DNA of 64,000 nucleotides from Lytechinus pictus (taxonomy: Eukaryota), in NCBI RefSeq assembly GCF_037042905.1, contig NC_087252.1:24058001-24122000 (forward strand), read 5' to 3'. A program made the position numbers and the translations under genes. The notes below the pieces were generated by a model. The model made no database searches. It saw only the letters and a program-made list of their open reading frames with translations, and had not been told where the DNA came from. Positions 61,877 through 64,000 of the stretch are shown here, one piece after another; the first letter of the stretch is position 1; every line of letters starts with the position of its first letter.

Positions 61877-62843
61877 AACAAGTGGAATGCCTCTGGCCGT
61901 CTCACCTGCATCACGCGATTCAATATAGCAGCAGTGCTGATTTTGAAAACTACTATAACTCGCACAAGATGTTCAGTGATACTTGGTTACTCTTATTTCC
62001 ACGTTTTATGAACTAGACCAATACACTTATAGAGATATGATGGCAATTCAACTAATACCCCCAAAGTGGCCAAAGTTCTTTGACCTTACATGACCTTTGA
62101 CCTTGATCATGTGACCTGAAACTCGCACAGGATGTTCAGTGATACTTGATTACTATTATGTCCAAGTTTTATGAACTAGACCAACACACTTTCAAATTTA
62201 TGGCTGTAATTCAACAAATACCCCAATTTGGCCAAAGTTCATTGACCCTAAATGACCTTTGACCTTGATCATGTGACCTGAAACTAGCACAGGATGTTCA
62301 GTAATACTTGATAACTATTATGTCCAAGTTTCATGAATCAGATCCATAAACTTTCAAAGTTATGATGGTAATTCAACAGATACCCCCAATGCGGCCAAAG
62401 TTCATTGACCCTAAATGACCTTTGACCTTGGTCATGTGACGTGAAACTCATGCAGGATGTTCAGTGATACTTGATTAACCTTATGTATAAGTTTCATGAA
62501 CTAGGTCCATATACTTTCTAAGTTATGATGACATTTCAAAAACTTAACCTTAGGTTAAGATTTTGATGTTGATTCCCCCAACATGGTCTAAGTTCATTGA
62601 CCCTAAATGACCTTTGACCTTGGTCATGTGACATGAAACTCAGGCAGGATGTTCAGTAATACTTGATTAACCTTATGGCCAAGTTTCATGAACTAGGTCC
62701 ATATACTTTCTAAGTTATGCTGTCATTTCAAAAACTTAACCTCAGGTTAAGATTTGGTGTTGACGCCGCCGCCGCCGTCGCCGCCGCCGTCGCCGTCGGA
62801 AAAGCGGCGCCTATAGTCTCACTCTGCTATGCAGGTGAGACAA
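61877..62843 (-). mobile_element. HINE/DINE-1-like element with tandem array (copy 3)
   Basis: Near-identical to 26030-27131; unit starts 61968, 62131, 62293, 62456, 62648; expanded (GCC/GTC)n microsatellite. Confidence 0.82.
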
Positions 62844-63133
62844 TAATAATAATAGTCAGTTATTGTATAGCGCGAATCACAATAAACAACATCTCTATGC
62901 ACTTCCAAAGGACTTGGATAGTATTACCTCGGCTGTAGCTCAAGCAGCTAGCTTCCAGCGCTCAGCATTTCAAGAAATAAATTCCTGCCAGGTACCCATT
63001 CACCTCACCTGGGCTGAGTGCAGCACAATGTGGATGAATTTCTTGCTGAAGGAAACTACACTATGGCTGGGATTTGAACCCATGACCCTCTGTTTCAAAG
63101 TCCAGAGACTAATCTACTGGGCCACAATGCTCC
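62844..63133 (-). mobile_element. SINE family S2
   Basis: Colinear with 29137-29429; (AAT)n tail abuts the HINE end. Confidence 0.85.
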
Positions 63134-63640
63134 ACATACTGCATTTCTCTTTGGCAAATATTCTGAACAAGGGTTTCTATAAACTCTAGTCCAAAGTTGT
63201 GGTTTAACTATGGATACGGAAGTCAATTGTGGCACAATTAATCTTAACGGTGACTCCAGGTTCAATTTATCTGCTCCTTTGAAATTCAAAATAGGGGCTA
63301 TTCATAAGTGTTAGGGACTTAATAATTAAAATAGCTTCCTTCAGCATCTAAGATTAAAGCAGATACGAACCAATAGTGCCATCTCGAGTCCTCAACTACT
63401 CATACCTGGCCAGTTTCGTGACCCATAATGCTAGTGTAGTCTAGTAATATAGACCCACTTGAATGATAGCATGCTTATTAACTACTCAATACATTTATAC
63501 CGCAATAATTATGTTACCAAGTAGCAAAACAATTATTTTTCCTCTCAAAACATTTAAGTTCCTCTATACAAATACAATTATAGGTCAATTTATTCTCTGT
63601 AGTATTAGTAGATATCTGAAAACGTATATTTTAAGACTAT

Positions 63641-63944
63641 GGCCCGTATTCTGAAGTCAGGTTTAACTCAGGTTTAAAGTTGTGGTTTAAGTATGGAAAG
63701 CCAATTGTTACATAAATCACTTACAGTAGAGGTATCATATTTCAGCTCATTTGGCTATCAAATCATTCATAATTGTCTAGGAAGTATAAAAAGATGATTG
63801 TCTTCACCATCGATGAATCAGGAAAGAGCACAGTAACATAAGAAACATACAACATAATACAAATTTTGATACTTTTGGCTTCCCATACTTAAACTACAAC
63901 TTTAAACCTGAGTTTAAGTTAAACCCGACTTCAGAATACGGGCC
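63641..63944. mobile_element. MITE family B
   Basis: TAT|GGCCCGTATTCTGAAGTC ... GACTTCAGAATACGGGCC|TAT. Confidence 0.9.
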
Positions 63945-64000
63945 TATGTATTTATAATGTCACACAATCAATGAGAGACAACATACAGTTCACTCCCTCT

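Noticed and set aside
63397..63426. Minus-strand ATG..CAG|gtatga as the first exon
   Set aside because: Phase 0 is incompatible with the phase-2 start of the FUN exon, and it encodes no signal peptide.

Overview
AT-rich eukaryotic (animal) genomic DNA; the repeat repertoire looks like an invertebrate deuterostome, probably a sea urchin (inference). The window is almost entirely intronic sequence of one large minus-strand gene. Three coding exons can be supported (42880-42971, 27284-27415, 3350-3775). They splice in frame into a fibrillin-unique-N-terminal (FUN)-EGF pair, a long Ser/Thr/Gln/Arg-rich linker and a second EGF-like module, best matching VWCE-type extracellular proteins. I did not find the signal-peptide exon or the downstream exons here. 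The introns hold many non-autonomous transposons: three Helentron-associated (HINE/DINE-1-like) elements with ~163-bp tandem arrays; Harbinger-, Kolobok-, hAT-, CACTA-, Tc1- and possibly Merlin-type MITEs; and three tRNA-derived SINE families. I recognised no transposase, reverse transcriptase, rRNA, true tRNA or CRISPR, and nearly all ORF-track entries are spurious. The most unusual signals are tiny CAT..ATG palindromes with 7-bp duplications that resemble P-element excision footprints, a 6.6-kb TIR-bounded CpG-rich nested composite, and HINE arrays carrying repeated perfect nuclear-receptor DR1 sites with co-varying subterminal repeats.
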